DNA of 63,972 bases from Nitrosovibrio sp. Nv4 (GTDB lineage: Bacteria > Pseudomonadota > Gammaproteobacteria > Burkholderiales > SG8-39), in NCBI GenBank assembly GCA_945906765.1, contig CAMDRF010000003.1, positions 1 to 63,972 of the forward strand, read 5' to 3'. Below the pieces are notes generated by a model. It was not told the DNA's origin, made no database searches, and saw only the letters and a program-made list of their open reading frames with translations. The position numbers and the translations under genes were made by a program. Below, piece after piece: positions 29,535 through 39,871 of the stretch (within the stretch, counting starts at the first letter, position 1; each line of letters starts with the position of its first letter).

Positions 29535-29930
29535 ATGCCACGTGCGTTGCTGATCCTGCTGCTCGCGTACGGGGCCGCCAGCCTCCTGCACTTTGTCCAC
29601 AACGCCGAATTCCTCGCCGAGTACCCGAACATGCCGGCCTGGCTGTCGCGCGCGAAGGTATATGGCGCCTGGCTTGGGATCACGGCAGTCGGGGCGCTCG
29701 GCTATCTGTTGGTTCGTCTCCGGTATCGACTTGCGGGGCTCTGCGTGATCGCGGTATATGCCGCCCTCGGATTCGACGGCCTTGGCCACTACTCGCTCGC
29801 GCCGGTATCCGCGCACACTTCGATGATGAACGCGACGATATGGCTGGAAGTATTGGCTGCTGCATTGCTGCTCATCGCGGCAGCCGGCCTGGCGGCGAAG
29901 CAGCTTCGAACGCGATCCAGTCAGGCATGA
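29535..29930 (+). CDS. Hypothetical membrane protein (about 4 TM); possible cassette 5
   Basis: SLLHFVHNAEFLAEYPNMP..FDGLGHY..HT; in-frame upstream ATG at 29472. Confidence 0.8.
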   Translation: MPRALLILLLAYGAASLLHFVHNAEFLAEYPNMPAWLSRAKVYGAWLGITAVGALGYLLVRLRYRLAGLCVIAVYAALGFDGLGHYSLAPVSAHTSMMNATIWLEVLAAALLLIAAAGLAAKQLRTRSSQA

Positions 29931-30265
29931 TGCTGCTCAAGGAAGCGCTTCCCTACCTGGTTCTGGACCTGGAGTCCGCGCTGGCGCATCTCGGCCGCGG
30001 CAATGTGGCGGACCAACTTCGCGAGGTCACGATCGAGCGCTGGACCTACGATGAACTCTCCGACGTGGCCTACCTGCACCTGCGATCGCCTCGGGCGGCG
30101 GGCGCCGCGGAGACTCCCGGGGAGACGGTGTCGGTCTACGACGAACTGGGCATCAATCTGGATACCGACAGCCGGGGCTGCCTCACGGGCATCGAGATAC
30201 TCGGCGGCAAGGCGGTCGTTGCTCAACTGGAGCGCGGTACAGCTACTTCGCCGCGCTCACCATGA
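29927..30265 (+). CDS. DUF2283-like protein with an N-terminal extension
   Basis: TYDELSDVAYLHL..INLDTDSRGCLTGIEIL; ATGA-coupled to the upstream gene. Confidence 0.7.
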   Translation: MMLLKEALPYLVLDLESALAHLGRGNVADQLREVTIERWTYDELSDVAYLHLRSPRAAGAAETPGETVSVYDELGINLDTDSRGCLTGIEILGGKAVVAQLERGTATSPRSP

Positions 30266-30590
30266 TCTCGACCAGGCAGGCGGGATCGGCGAGTTTCGCC
30301 TCAATACAGGCGCGTACCGGCAGGTTCTTCGGGTCCGTCCACGCGCTCCAGACCTCATTCATCGGCGCGCGGTTGCGGATGTCCGTGACCCAGATGGTCG
30401 CCTGCAGCAGTTTCGACTTGCTGCTGCCGCATTTGGCGAGCAACCGGTCGATCTCCGCCAGAACTTCCGCGGTCTGGCCCTTGATGTCGTTCTTCAGGTT
30501 CTTCGGCACGATGCCTGCCAGGTAGACGGTAGCGCCGTTCTCGACGGCGAGGCTCAGGATCGGACCGGACTCATGGCGGGTGATGCTCAT
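30243..30590 (-). CDS. RidA family protein (YoaB-like)
   Basis: VYLAG, MNEVW, PVRACIEAKLA, LVEI. Confidence 0.92.
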   Translation of the reverse strand: MSITRHESGPILSLAVENGATVYLAGIVPKNLKNDIKGQTAEVLAEIDRLLAKCGSSKSKLLQATIWVTDIRNRAPMNEVWSAWTDPKNLPVRACIEAKLADPACLVEIMVSAAK

Positions 30591-30631
30591 TTTCTCTCTC
30601 CTTCAAAGGACAAGCGCGAAGTATCCCACTA

Positions 30632-33600
30632 TCAGTCGACCCACTCGCGGGCGTTGTAGAACATCTGCATCCATGGCGAGTCCTCCTCTGCATGATCGGG
30701 CGCCCACGACATCTGCACCGTCCGAAAGACGCGCTCCGGGTGCGGCATGACGATGGTAAAGCGTCCGTCGGGCGTGGTCAGGCCGGTAACTCCGGCGGGC
30801 GATCCGTTCGGGTTGAGTGGATATTTTTCGGTGGCTCGTCCGAGATTGTCGACGAATCTCAGGGCAATGTCCGCTTTCTCGATATCGAGCCGATGCTCGA
30901 ATACAGCGCGGCCCTCACCGTGCGCGGTGGCGATCGGCATGCGGCTGCCGGCCATGCCGCGCAGCAGGATCGAGGGGCTGTCGAGCACCTCGACCATCAC
31001 AAAGCGGCCTTCGAATTGCGCCGAGCGGTTGCCGGTGAACACCGGCCAGTGCCGGGCGCCGGGAATGATCTCCTTCAACGCCGCCATCATCTGGCAGCCG
31101 TTGCACGAGCCCAGCGCAAAGGTATCGCCGCGCCCGAAGAAGGCCTCGAACTCCTTGCGCACCCTGGCATTGAACAGGATGGATTTCGCCCAGCCCTGCC
31201 CGCCGCCGAGCACGTCGCCGTAGGAAAAGCCGCCGCAGATCGCCATGCCCTTGAAGCCCTCAAGCGTCCTGCGCCCGGCCATGACGTCCGACATGTGCAC
31301 ATCCACCGCTTCGAAGCCGGCGCGTGTGAACGCGGCCGCCATTTCCACCTGGCTGTTGACGCCCTGCTCCCGCAGGATTGCGATTCCCGGCTTGATGTTC
31401 CTCTTTACGAAAATTTCTTTCTTTTCAAAGGTCGATTGAAAAGACAATCCAGGGTCCGAAGCATCCAGGATCCGGTCGTACTCCTCCTGCGCGCAGTCCG
31501 GGTTGTCGCGCAACTGCTGCATGCGGAAACTGGTTTCGGACCACGCACGCTGCAGATCGGTGCGCTTCTCCTTCAGGACCGGCCTGGCATTGCGCATGAA
31601 TGCAAGTTCATCTCGTGGATTGATATGCCCGATGACGAAAGCCAGATTGCCAAGCTCAAATGAGCGAAGCAAATCCATCACACGCGTGCGCTCCGCGGTC
31701 CGGATCTGCAGCACGGCGCCGAGTTCCTCGGCGAACAGGGCCTGCAACGCGCGCTCGCGCACCCTCCCCGCGAGCTGCTCCTCGTTCGCGCGCTTGAAGC
31801 CGTCCACGTCGTCGGTCCATTGATCGAACACCAGGGCATCCAGGTTCACCGTGACGCCGCAGCGGCCGGCAAACGCCATCTCGCATAGCGTCGCGAACAG
31901 CCCGCCATCGGAACGGTCGTGGTAGGCGAGAATCAGGTTCTCGGTGCTCAGTTTCTGGATCGCCGTGAAAAAATTTTTCAACCGCAGGGCTGAATCGACA
32001 TCGGGACAGGAATTTCCAAATCCTGAATACACCTGCGCGAGGATCGAACCTCCCAGGCGGTTGCGGCCGTCGCCAAGATCGAGCAGCAGCAACTCCGTGT
32101 CGCCTGCGTCGGTGCGCAGGCGGGGCGTGAGCGTTGCGCGGGCGTCGGTACTCGCCGCGAATGCCGTGACCACCAGTGACAAGGGCGCGACGACCTCCTT
32201 GCCGGCGCCGTTTTCCTCCCATGCGGTGCGCATCGACAACGAATCCTTGCCCACAGGGATGGACACTCCCAGCGCCGGACACAGTTCCAGGGCCACCGCG
32301 CGCACCGTGTCGTAGAGCGCGGCATCGACTCCGGGAGAGCCGGCGGCCGCCATCCAGTTGGCGGACAGCTTGACGCGATCGAGTGCCGCCACCCGGGCCG
32401 CGGCCAGATTGGTGAGCGCTTCGCCCACCGCCATACGCCCCGAGGCCGGAGCGTCGATCAGTGCCAGCGGCGTGCGCTCGCCGATCGCATATGCTTCGCC
32501 TGCGTAACCCTCGTAATCGAGCAGCGTGACCGCGCAGTCGGCCACCGGCACCTGCCACGGCCCGACGAACTGGTCGCGCGAGCACAGGCCGCCGACGCTG
32601 CGATCGCCGATGGCGATGAGGAAGGTCTTGTCGGCAACCGCCGGATGGCGCAATACGCGGTAGGCGGCCTCCTTGAGTTCGATGCCCTCGAGAGAGAACG
32701 CTTCCAGCACGGGCGCCACGCGCTTCACGTCGCGCAGCATCTTCGGCGGCTTGCCGAGAACCGTCGAAAGATCAATATCCACGGGGTTGTTATCGAATTT
32801 TTTATCGAAAACCAGAAGATGGCCATCAGCAGTCGCATTGCCCAGCACGGCAAACGGGCAGCGCTCGCGCTCGCAGATTTCCGTGAATGCCTTCAGGCTT
32901 TCCGGCGCGATCGCGAGCACGTAGCGTTCCTGGGCTTCGTTGCACCAGATCTCCCGCGGCGACATGCCGCTGTCCTCGGAGGGCACCGCGCGCAGCTCGA
33001 AGCGCGCGCCGCGGCCGGCGGCGTACACGAGTTCGGGCATGGCATTGGACAGCCCGCCCGCGCCCACGTCGTGGATCGAGAGAACCGGATTGTCGTCGCC
33101 CAGTTGCCAGCAGCGGTCGATCACTTCCTGCGCCCGGCGCTGGATTTCCGCGTTGCCGCGCTGCACCGAATCGAAATCCAGGTCTTCGCTATTCGCGCCG
33201 GCGCGCATCGAGGACGCCGCCCCGCCGCCCATGCCGATCAGCATTCCCGGCCCGCCGAGCTGAATCAGCAATGCCTTGTCGTCGAAGATTATCTTCGAGC
33301 AATGCGCGGACGAGATATTGCCAACGCCGCCGGCGAGCATGATCGGCTTGTGGTAACCGCGTCGCGTAGCGCCAACCAGCTGCTCGAATGTCCTGAAGTA
33401 ACCCGCGAGGCTCGGCCGGCCGAATTCGTTGTTGAATGCCGCGGCGCCGATCGGCCCGTCCAGCATGATCTGCAGCGCGGACACGATCCGGCCGGGGCGC
33501 CCGTAGTCCTCCTTCTCCCATGGCCGCGGCATGCCGGGAATACGCAGGTTGGAAACCGAGTAGCCCACCAGGCCTGCTTTCGGCTTCGCTCCCCGTCCGG

Positions 33601-34558
33601 TCGCGCCTTCGTCCCGGATCTCGCCGCCCGCGCCCGTCGCAGCGCCCGGGAACGGCGCGATCGCGGTTGGATGATTGTGGGTTTCGCATTTGATCACCAG
33701 ATTTGTTTTCTCCGGCCTTGCCTTGTAGACAAAATCCTTATCAGGATAAAAGCGCTGCGCCACGGAGCCTTCAAGAATCGCGGCATTGTCGGCGTAGGCC
33801 AGTACGGTGCCCTGCGGATTGAGCGCATGGGTGTGCCGGATCATCGCGAACAGCGACTGGTCCTGCTTCTCGCCGTCGACGATCCAGTCCGCATTGAAGA
33901 TCTTGTGGCGGCAGTGCTCGGAATTGGCTTGCGCGAACATGCTCAGCTCCGCGTCGCTCGGATCGCGGCCGAGCGAGCGGTACGCGGCGCGCAGGTAGTC
34001 GATTTCATCGTCGCTCAGCGCAAGGCCAAGGCGCGTGTTCGCCTCGGCTAACGCCTCGAGCGACACGTGTCCGAGTGCGCGCGGCGGCACATGCAGGAAC
34101 AGGCCGTCCGCCTCATCCAGCGATGCGAGGACGCTCTCCGTCATCCGGTCGTGAAGCAGTGGCGCCATGCCCATGCGGGCATCCGCCGAGCCGGATGAGC
34201 CCAAAGCAAGGTAGTAGGCAATGCCGCGCTCGATGCGCCGGATGCCCTTCAGTCCGCAGTTGCGCGCGATATCCGTCGCTTTCGAAGACCAGGGCGAAAT
34301 CGTGCCGAGCCGTGGCACAACGAGGAACAGCGCGTCGTGCGTGTGCTCCCCCTCGGACGCCGTGCCGTAGCGCAGCAGCCGCTCGAGCAGCCGCTTGCCG
34401 TGCGCATCGGGCTCGGCATCCGCTTCAATGAAATGCCAGAACTCGGCCGCGACAGCGCGCACCGCGGGATGCGTTTTCTTCACTTCATGCAACAGCTTGG
34501 CGAGGCGGAAGTCCGACAGCGCGCGCGCGCCGCGGAACCGTAGAACGATGGACGTCAC
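30632..34558 (-). CDS. purL: Phosphoribosylformylglycinamidine synthase (large type)
   Basis: [37 protein letters not shown]. Confidence 0.98.
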   Translation of the reverse strand: MTSIVLRFRGARALSDFRLAKLLHEVKKTHPAVRAVAAEFWHFIEADAEPDAHGKRLLERLLRYGTASEGEHTHDALFLVVPRLGTISPWSSKATDIARNCGLKGIRRIERGIAYYLALGSSGSADARMGMAPLLHDRMTESVLASLDEADGLFLHVPPRALGHVSLEALAEANTRLGLALSDDEIDYLRAAYRSLGRDPSDAELSMFAQANSEHCRHKIFNADWIVDGEKQDQSLFAMIRHTHALNPQGTVLAYADNAAILEGSVAQRFYPDKDFVYKARPEKTNLVIKCETHNHPTAIAPFPGAATGAGGEIRDEGATGRGAKPKAGLVGYSVSNLRIPGMPRPWEKEDYGRPGRIVSALQIMLDGPIGAAAFNNEFGRPSLAGYFRTFEQLVGATRRGYHKPIMLAGGVGNISSAHCSKIIFDDKALLIQLGGPGMLIGMGGGAASSMRAGANSEDLDFDSVQRGNAEIQRRAQEVIDRCWQLGDDNPVLSIHDVGAGGLSNAMPELVYAAGRGARFELRAVPSEDSGMSPREIWCNEAQERYVLAIAPESLKAFTEICERERCPFAVLGNATADGHLLVFDKKFDNNPVDIDLSTVLGKPPKMLRDVKRVAPVLEAFSLEGIELKEAAYRVLRHPAVADKTFLIAIGDRSVGGLCSRDQFVGPWQVPVADCAVTLLDYEGYAGEAYAIGERTPLALIDAPASGRMAVGEALTNLAAARVAALDRVKLSANWMAAAGSPGVDAALYDTVRAVALELCPALGVSIPVGKDSLSMRTAWEENGAGKEVVAPLSLVVTAFAASTDARATLTPRLRTDAGDTELLLLDLGDGRNRLGGSILAQVYSGFGNSCPDVDSALRLKNFFTAIQKLSTENLILAYHDRSDGGLFATLCEMAFAGRCGVTVNLDALVFDQWTDDVDGFKRANEEQLAGRVRERALQALFAEELGAVLQIRTAERTRVMDLLRSFELGNLAFVIGHINPRDELAFMRNARPVLKEKRTDLQRAWSETSFRMQQLRDNPDCAQEEYDRILDASDPGLSFQSTFEKKEIFVKRNIKPGIAILREQGVNSQVEMAAAFTRAGFEAVDVHMSDVMAGRRTLEGFKGMAICGGFSYGDVLGGGQGWAKSILFNARVRKEFEAFFGRGDTFALGSCNGCQMMAALKEIIPGARHWPVFTGNRSAQFEGRFVMVEVLDSPSILLRGMAGSRMPIATAHGEGRAVFEHRLDIEKADIALRFVDNLGRATEKYPLNPNGSPAGVTGLTTPDGRFTIVMPHPERVFRTVQMSWAPDHAEEDSPWMQMFYNAREWVD

Positions 34559-35590
34559 TTCCTGATCACGGGATCCTGGATCTTGCCCGATATGTTCAGC
34601 GTCGCGCGCAGGGTCTGGTTGGGCATCTTTACGTCGGCGACAACGCGCCCCGACAATCCGCCGCCAGCATCGATCTCCAGGCTCGCGCCGGCGTTCATGG
34701 CCCCGGCCCAGATTGCTGCGTTCGTGATCTTGACAGTGCCCTTGTCGATCTTGAAGTCGCCCTGGAGCCGCGCGCTTTCAAACAGCGTCGCCGGATTCGA
34801 ACCGCTCATCGAATAGGCGCCGCGCCCCTCCACTTTGCCCTCGGAGACCAACGCCGGCGCGAACACCTCGCGCGCCTTGCGCTCTTCCTCCAGCTTGGCC
34901 TTCATCTCCGCCTCGAGCCGCTGGCGCAGTTCGTCGGTATCGGTCTTGGCCTTGCCTTCGGCCTCGGCTTTTGCCTTGACCTCGGTCGCCATGCGGATCG
35001 CGGCCTCTCGCGCCGCTTTCACTTTGGCCTCCGCGTCAGCCAGCATTTTCGCTTCCGCAGCCGCGCGCGCGCGCTTCGGCCTCCGCCTTCGCTCTTGCTT
35101 CGGCCTGGGCTTTCGCCTTCAGCTCGGCTTCCTGCCGCGCCTTGTAGTTGAACGCCTGCTGCTCTTTCTCTTTGCGTTCCGCCTCAGCGCGAGATGCAGC
35201 AGCCAGATCCATGGCGGGCGGTTTTGGCGCAGCAGGCGGCGCCTTCGGCGGCAGCTTGATGGCCTGCGTGAAATCCATTTCATCGTCGCCATCGCTCGCG
35301 GCTGGCGGAGGTGCTGCCTTGGGCGGCGGCGCACTGCGCGCCGACGTTGCGGCCGCCGGCTGCGAACCGGAGGACACCTCCCGGATATAGCCGTCCTTGT
35401 CGAACTGCGCGATCAGCGCATCGAACTTGTCGGCCGGGATCTTCTCGAACTTGACGGCGACATTGGCAAGCGCGGTCTTGCCGTCGATTTCCTTGAGCAC
35501 CGCGCGGTCGGCCCGCGACAGATCGCTGGTCTTGCCGGACCCTTCCTGCATGCCCTTACCGGTCTTCGAGAATATCGCGGTTGGATTCAA
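34555..35590 (-). pseudogene. Frameshifted remnant: globular N-terminus, Ala/Glu/Lys coiled coil, AsmA-like beta-rich C-terminus
   Basis: Two ORFs joined by a frameshift in the (CG)6 run at 35062-35074; abrupt jump from coiled coil to beta-rich sequence. Confidence 0.6.
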
Positions 35591-35645
35591 GCGTTTATAT
35601 GGGATTCGGGCAAGGATTCAGGGGGCCGCGCTATTATATCTATAA

Positions 35646-35750
35646 GTGGCGGTTCCTCAGGCTTTAGTTCCATTTACGCTCCTGCCGGGCGTTTTGCTCG
35701 CACTCACGGTGCTTGGCCTGGCCATCACTATCTCCGGCACTGCCACTTAG
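35646..35750 (+). CDS. Possible 34-aa hydrophobic peptide or gene remnant
   Basis: [34 protein letters not shown]; TATTAT 8 nt upstream of the GTG. Confidence 0.3.
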   Translation: MAVPQALVPFTLLPGVLLALTVLGLAITISGTAT

Positions 35751-35784
35751 CTCGCCGAAAAGCTCTGTTTCAGAAAGCTCGTCC

Positions 35785-36891
35785 ATGGATAGTGTCGAAT
35801 GCGTGGTGATCGGCGCCGGCGTGGTCGGCTTGGCAGTCGCGCGCGCGCTCGCCATGGCGGGCCGCGAAGTGGTGATCATCGAGGCCGAGGATGCGATCGG
35901 CACGCACACCAGTTCGCGCAACTCCGAGGTCATCCACGCGGGAATCTACTACCCGAAAGGCTCGCTCAAGGCACGCTCCTGCATCGCCGGCAGGGTCCGC
36001 CTCTACGAGTATTGCGCCACGCATGGCGTGCCGCACCGGCGCTGCGGGAAACTGATCGTGGCCGCGAACCAAGAGCAGGTTCTTGAATTAAGGGAAATCC
36101 AGAAGAAAGCGCACGAGAATGGCGTCACCGACGTGGTCGAGATTTCCGCGGCCGACGCCATGCAGATGGAACCCGCGCTGCACTGCGTCGCCGCGTTGCA
36201 TTCCCCCTCCACCGGGATCATCGACAGCCACGCGCTGATGCTGGCGTACCTGGGGGACGCCGAGGCTGCGGGCGCCATGCTAGCATTGAAAAGCAGGCTC
36301 GAAAAAGCGTCGGTTTCCGATCATGGTTTTGAACTTCAGGTCGGAGAAACGAGAATAAAAACAAAAATACTCGTAAACAGCAGCGGACTCCGCGCGCCCA
36401 GCATCGCGCGCCTGATTGATGGTTTTCCGCGCGACAGGATTCCTCCCGAGTTCTATGCCAAGGGCAACTACTACTCCCTCGCTGGCCGGCCGCCCTTCTC
36501 GCGGCTGATCTACCCGGTGCCCGAACCCGGCGGCCTGGGCGTGCATGTCACCCTGGACCTCGCCGGCCAGGCGCGCTTCGGGCCCGACGTCGAATGGGTG
36601 GAGCGCGTCGGCCGCGAGGATGACTATGCGGTCGATCCGCGGCGCTCGGAGCGCTTCTACGCCGCGATCCGGCGCTACTGGCCGGCCCTCCCTGACGGCG
36701 CGCTCGCCCCGGGATATGCCGGGATCCGCCCCAAGATTTCCGGGCCCAACGACCCGGCGGCCGATTTCGTGCTCCAGGGTCCGGCCGGGCACGGCGTGGC
36801 GGGGCTGGTGAACCTGTTCGGCATCGAGTCGCCCGGATTGACAGCTTCGCTCGCCTTAGCCGATGATGTCGCCACGCTGCTTCAGGCTTAA
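35785..36891 (+). CDS. FAD-dependent oxidoreductase, L-2-hydroxyglutarate oxidase-like
   Basis: [29 protein letters not shown]. Confidence 0.9.
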   Translation: MDSVECVVIGAGVVGLAVARALAMAGREVVIIEAEDAIGTHTSSRNSEVIHAGIYYPKGSLKARSCIAGRVRLYEYCATHGVPHRRCGKLIVAANQEQVLELREIQKKAHENGVTDVVEISAADAMQMEPALHCVAALHSPSTGIIDSHALMLAYLGDAEAAGAMLALKSRLEKASVSDHGFELQVGETRIKTKILVNSSGLRAPSIARLIDGFPRDRIPPEFYAKGNYYSLAGRPPFSRLIYPVPEPGGLGVHVTLDLAGQARFGPDVEWVERVGREDDYAVDPRRSERFYAAIRRYWPALPDGALAPGYAGIRPKISGPNDPAADFVLQGPAGHGVAGLVNLFGIESPGLTASLALADDVATLLQA

Positions 36892-36906
36892 ATCCAAAGG
36901 GAAAAA

Positions 36907-37911
36907 ATGAAACTCAAATCGCTCTCCGTTTCCTTCGCGGCGCTCGTGCTGGCGGGTACCGTTCAGGCTCAGACCAAGTGGGACATGCCCACGCCCTACT
37001 CGGACGGCGAATTCCACACCATCAATGTGCGCCAGTTTGCCGAGGACGTGAAAAAAGCCTCCGGCGGCCAGATCGACATCAACGTGCACTCGAACGGCTC
37101 GCTGATCAAGCACCCGGACATGCTGCGTGCGGTCTCGACCGGGCAGGTGCCGATCGCCGAGTTCCTGCTCGGCCAGTTCGGCAACGAAGAGCCCGTGTTC
37201 AATGCCGACAACGTGCCGTTCCTCGCCGCCGGCTACGACGCCGCCTGGAAGCTTTACCAGGCGCAGAAGTCGATACTGACGAAGAAGCTCGAAGGCCGCA
37301 ATCTGGTGCTGCTCTACTCCGTGGCCTGGCCGGGCCAGGGCCTGTACACGAAGAATCCGCTGAAGAGCGCGGACGACTTCAAGGGCGTCAAATTCCGCAC
37401 CTATAGCGCCTACACCGCGCGCCTCGCCGAATTGCTTGGCGCCAGCCCGACCGTGATTCAGGTGCCCGAGGTGCCGCAAGCCTTCGCCACCGGCACCATC
37501 AGCGCGATGATCACGTCCTCGGCCACCGGGACGGCGACCAAGTCCTGGGAATTCGTGAAGAACTACTACACCACCAACGCCATGCACCCGAAGAATGTGG
37601 TGGTGATGAACAACCGCGCCTACCAGGCCCTGACGGCTGCGCAGAAGAAGAACCTCACCGATGCGTCGGCCGCCGCCGAGAAACGCGGCTGGGAACTGTC
37701 GCGCAAGCGAGAATCCGACGCCAACAAGATGCTCGCCGACAACGGCATGACGGTGCACACGCCTGACGCCGCATTGATGAGCGCACTTGCCAAGGTCGGT
37801 GACACCATCGCCGCTGAATGGCTGAAGGCTGCCGGCGCTGACGGCGAAGCAATCGTCAAAACCTACCGCGGCAGCGGAACGCCGGCCCCCGGCGGGGGCG
37901 CAACCTACTGA
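36907..37911 (+). CDS. dctP: TRAP transporter substrate-binding protein
   Basis: Signal peptide, KGVKFR, VPQAFATG; followed by small and large permeases. Confidence 0.92.
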   Translation: MKLKSLSVSFAALVLAGTVQAQTKWDMPTPYSDGEFHTINVRQFAEDVKKASGGQIDINVHSNGSLIKHPDMLRAVSTGQVPIAEFLLGQFGNEEPVFNADNVPFLAAGYDAAWKLYQAQKSILTKKLEGRNLVLLYSVAWPGQGLYTKNPLKSADDFKGVKFRTYSAYTARLAELLGASPTVIQVPEVPQAFATGTISAMITSSATGTATKSWEFVKNYYTTNAMHPKNVVVMNNRAYQALTAAQKKNLTDASAAAEKRGWELSRKRESDANKMLADNGMTVHTPDAALMSALAKVGDTIAAEWLKAAGADGEAIVKTYRGSGTPAPGGGATY

Positions 37912-37915
37912 CGCG

Positions 37916-37933
37916 CGGGAGCGGCTGCTCCCG
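37916..37933 (+). promoter_or_regulatory. Intercistronic hairpin abutting the dctQ start
   Basis: CGGGAGC-GGCT-GCTCCCG, a perfect 7-bp stem. Confidence 0.5.
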
Positions 37934-38467
37934 ATGAGGCGCGCGCTCGACTTGCTATACGCAGCGAGCGGCGCGCTCGCCGCGCTCTGCCTCGCCAGCA
38001 TCTGCGCCCTGATGCTGGTGCAGGCGGCCGGCCGGGAGTTCGGCCTGCTGATCCGCGGCGCCGACGACATCACCTCGTGGCTATGCGCCGCATCCGCGTT
38101 TTTCGCGCTCGGCCATACCTTCCGCCACGGCGAACTGGTGCGCGTCGGTCTGTTCGTCGACATGCTGAAGCCCGCACCGCGCCGCGTCGCCGAAATCGTC
38201 GCGCTTTCCATCACCGGCCTGTTCGTCGGGTATATGGCCGTGGCGGTGACCAGGTTCGTCTACGACAGCTGGAAGTTCAAGGAAGTCGCCCAGGGGTTGG
38301 TGAAGATCCCGATCTGGATCCCGCAGCTGTGCTTCGTTTTCGGCGTGTTGATTTTTTTCATCGCCGTTCTTGATGAATTGATTCTTGTAATAAGAAAACA
38401 AAAACCGGCGTACCAGCTTGCCGAAGAGGACCGTCGCGCGCGCGGCGATTATTCGGAGATGGCTTAG
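37934..38467 (+). CDS. dctQ: TRAP small permease
   Basis: 4 TM, GELVRV, PIWIPQ. Confidence 0.9.
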   Translation: MRRALDLLYAASGALAALCLASICALMLVQAAGREFGLLIRGADDITSWLCAASAFFALGHTFRHGELVRVGLFVDMLKPAPRRVAEIVALSITGLFVGYMAVAVTRFVYDSWKFKEVAQGLVKIPIWIPQLCFVFGVLIFFIAVLDELILVIRKQKPAYQLAEEDRRARGDYSEMA

Positions 38468-38470
38468 GCC

Positions 38471-39781
38471 ATGAGCACGCTCACCGTCGCGCTGATCTTG
38501 CTCGTACTGCTGCTGGTGCTCCTCGCCAGCGGCGTCTGGATCGCGATTTCCCTCGCCGCGGTGGCGTGGTTCGGGCTGCAGTTCTTCACCTCGACGCCGC
38601 CCGATGTGAACCTGTTCCAGTCCTTCTGGGGCTCGAGCGCCTCCTGGACGCTGGCCGCGCTGCCCCTCTTCATCTGGATGGGCGAGATCCTCTACCGCAC
38701 CAAGCTCTCGGAAGAGATGTTCGAAGGCCTCGCGCCCTGGCTGACCTGGCTCCCCGGGCGCCTGATGCATGTCAACGTGCTCGCCTGCGGCATTTTCGGC
38801 ACGGTGTCGGGCTCGTCTGCCGCGACCTGCGCCACCATCGCCAAGGTCGCCCTGCCGGAGCTCGTCAAGCGGGGCTACGACGAGAAGACCGCGCTCGGCT
38901 CGCTGTGCGGCGCGGGGACGCTGGGCATCCTGCTGCCGCCCTCGATCATCATGGTGGTCTATGCGGTGGCCGCTGAAGTTTCCATCCTGAAGGTCTTCCT
39001 GGCCGGATTCCTGCCTGGTTTCCTCCTCATGGCGCTGTTCTCCGGCTACATCATCGTGTGGGCCCTGCTCTATCCAGACAAGACGCCGAAGGAAAAGATC
39101 CAGCTCAGCCTGCGCGAGAAGATCTACAAGAGCCGCCACCTCATCCCCTGCGTTCTGCTGATCGTATTCATCGTCTGGGTGATGGTGATCGGCTGGGCCA
39201 CCGCCACCGAGTCCGCCGCCTACGGCGTGCTGGGTTCACTCGCGATCGCGTGGCGGGCGGGCGGCCTCAACCGCGACACCTTCTGGCAGAGCCTGATGGG
39301 GGCGACGCGCCTATCGTGCATGATCATGTTCATTCTCGCGGGCGCGGCATTTCTGTCTTCCTGCATGGCTTTTACCGGCATCCCAAAAGCGCTCGCCGCC
39401 TGGGTGGCATCGCTCGAGCCCAGCAAGTACACGCTGATCGCGGTGCTCGCCGGTATCTATATCCTGCTCGGCACGGCGCTCGATGGCGTATCCATGATCG
39501 TGCTCACCACCTCGATCGTAATCCCGATGATCGAGAAAGTCGGCATCGACCTGATCTGGTTCGGCATCTTCATCGTGCTGCTGGTGGAGATCGCCGAAGT
39601 CACCCCACCTTTGGGCTTCAACCTGTTCGTGCTGCAGACCATGAGCGGCAGGGACAGCAGTTACGTCGCCTATGCCTCGATCCCGTTCTTTTTCATGATG
39701 GTGCTGTGCATCGTGCTGATCACGATTTTCCCGCAAATCGCCACCTGGCTGCCTGACGCGCTCCTGAGCAAGCCCAAATGA
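38471..39781 (+). CDS. dctM: TRAP large permease
   Basis: ALPLFIWMG, SGSSAAT, GTLGILLPPS, TPPLGFNLF. Confidence 0.94.
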   Translation: MSTLTVALILLVLLLVLLASGVWIAISLAAVAWFGLQFFTSTPPDVNLFQSFWGSSASWTLAALPLFIWMGEILYRTKLSEEMFEGLAPWLTWLPGRLMHVNVLACGIFGTVSGSSAATCATIAKVALPELVKRGYDEKTALGSLCGAGTLGILLPPSIIMVVYAVAAEVSILKVFLAGFLPGFLLMALFSGYIIVWALLYPDKTPKEKIQLSLREKIYKSRHLIPCVLLIVFIVWVMVIGWATATESAAYGVLGSLAIAWRAGGLNRDTFWQSLMGATRLSCMIMFILAGAAFLSSCMAFTGIPKALAAWVASLEPSKYTLIAVLAGIYILLGTALDGVSMIVLTTSIVIPMIEKVGIDLIWFGIFIVLLVEIAEVTPPLGFNLFVLQTMSGRDSSYVAYASIPFFFMMVLCIVLITIFPQIATWLPDALLSKPK

Positions 39782-39870
39782 TCACCGTCCACCATCTGAA
39801 CAACTCCCGCTCGCAGCGCATCTTGTGGCTGCTGGAGGAACTGGGCCTGCCTTACGAGTTGCTGCGCTGA
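39778..39870 (+). pseudogene. Glutathione S-transferase N-terminal remnant (30 aa)
   Basis: MITVHHLNNSRSQRILWLLEELGLPYELLR*. Confidence 0.85.
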
Positions 39871-39871
39871 C

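Larger units (their letters stand above)
25604..30265. mobile_element. Chromosomal integron: intI, attI and 4-5 cassettes
   Basis: intI divergent from an array of short + strand genes separated by attC sites; flanked by serB and ridA/purL; distal boundary uncertain. Confidence 0.9.
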
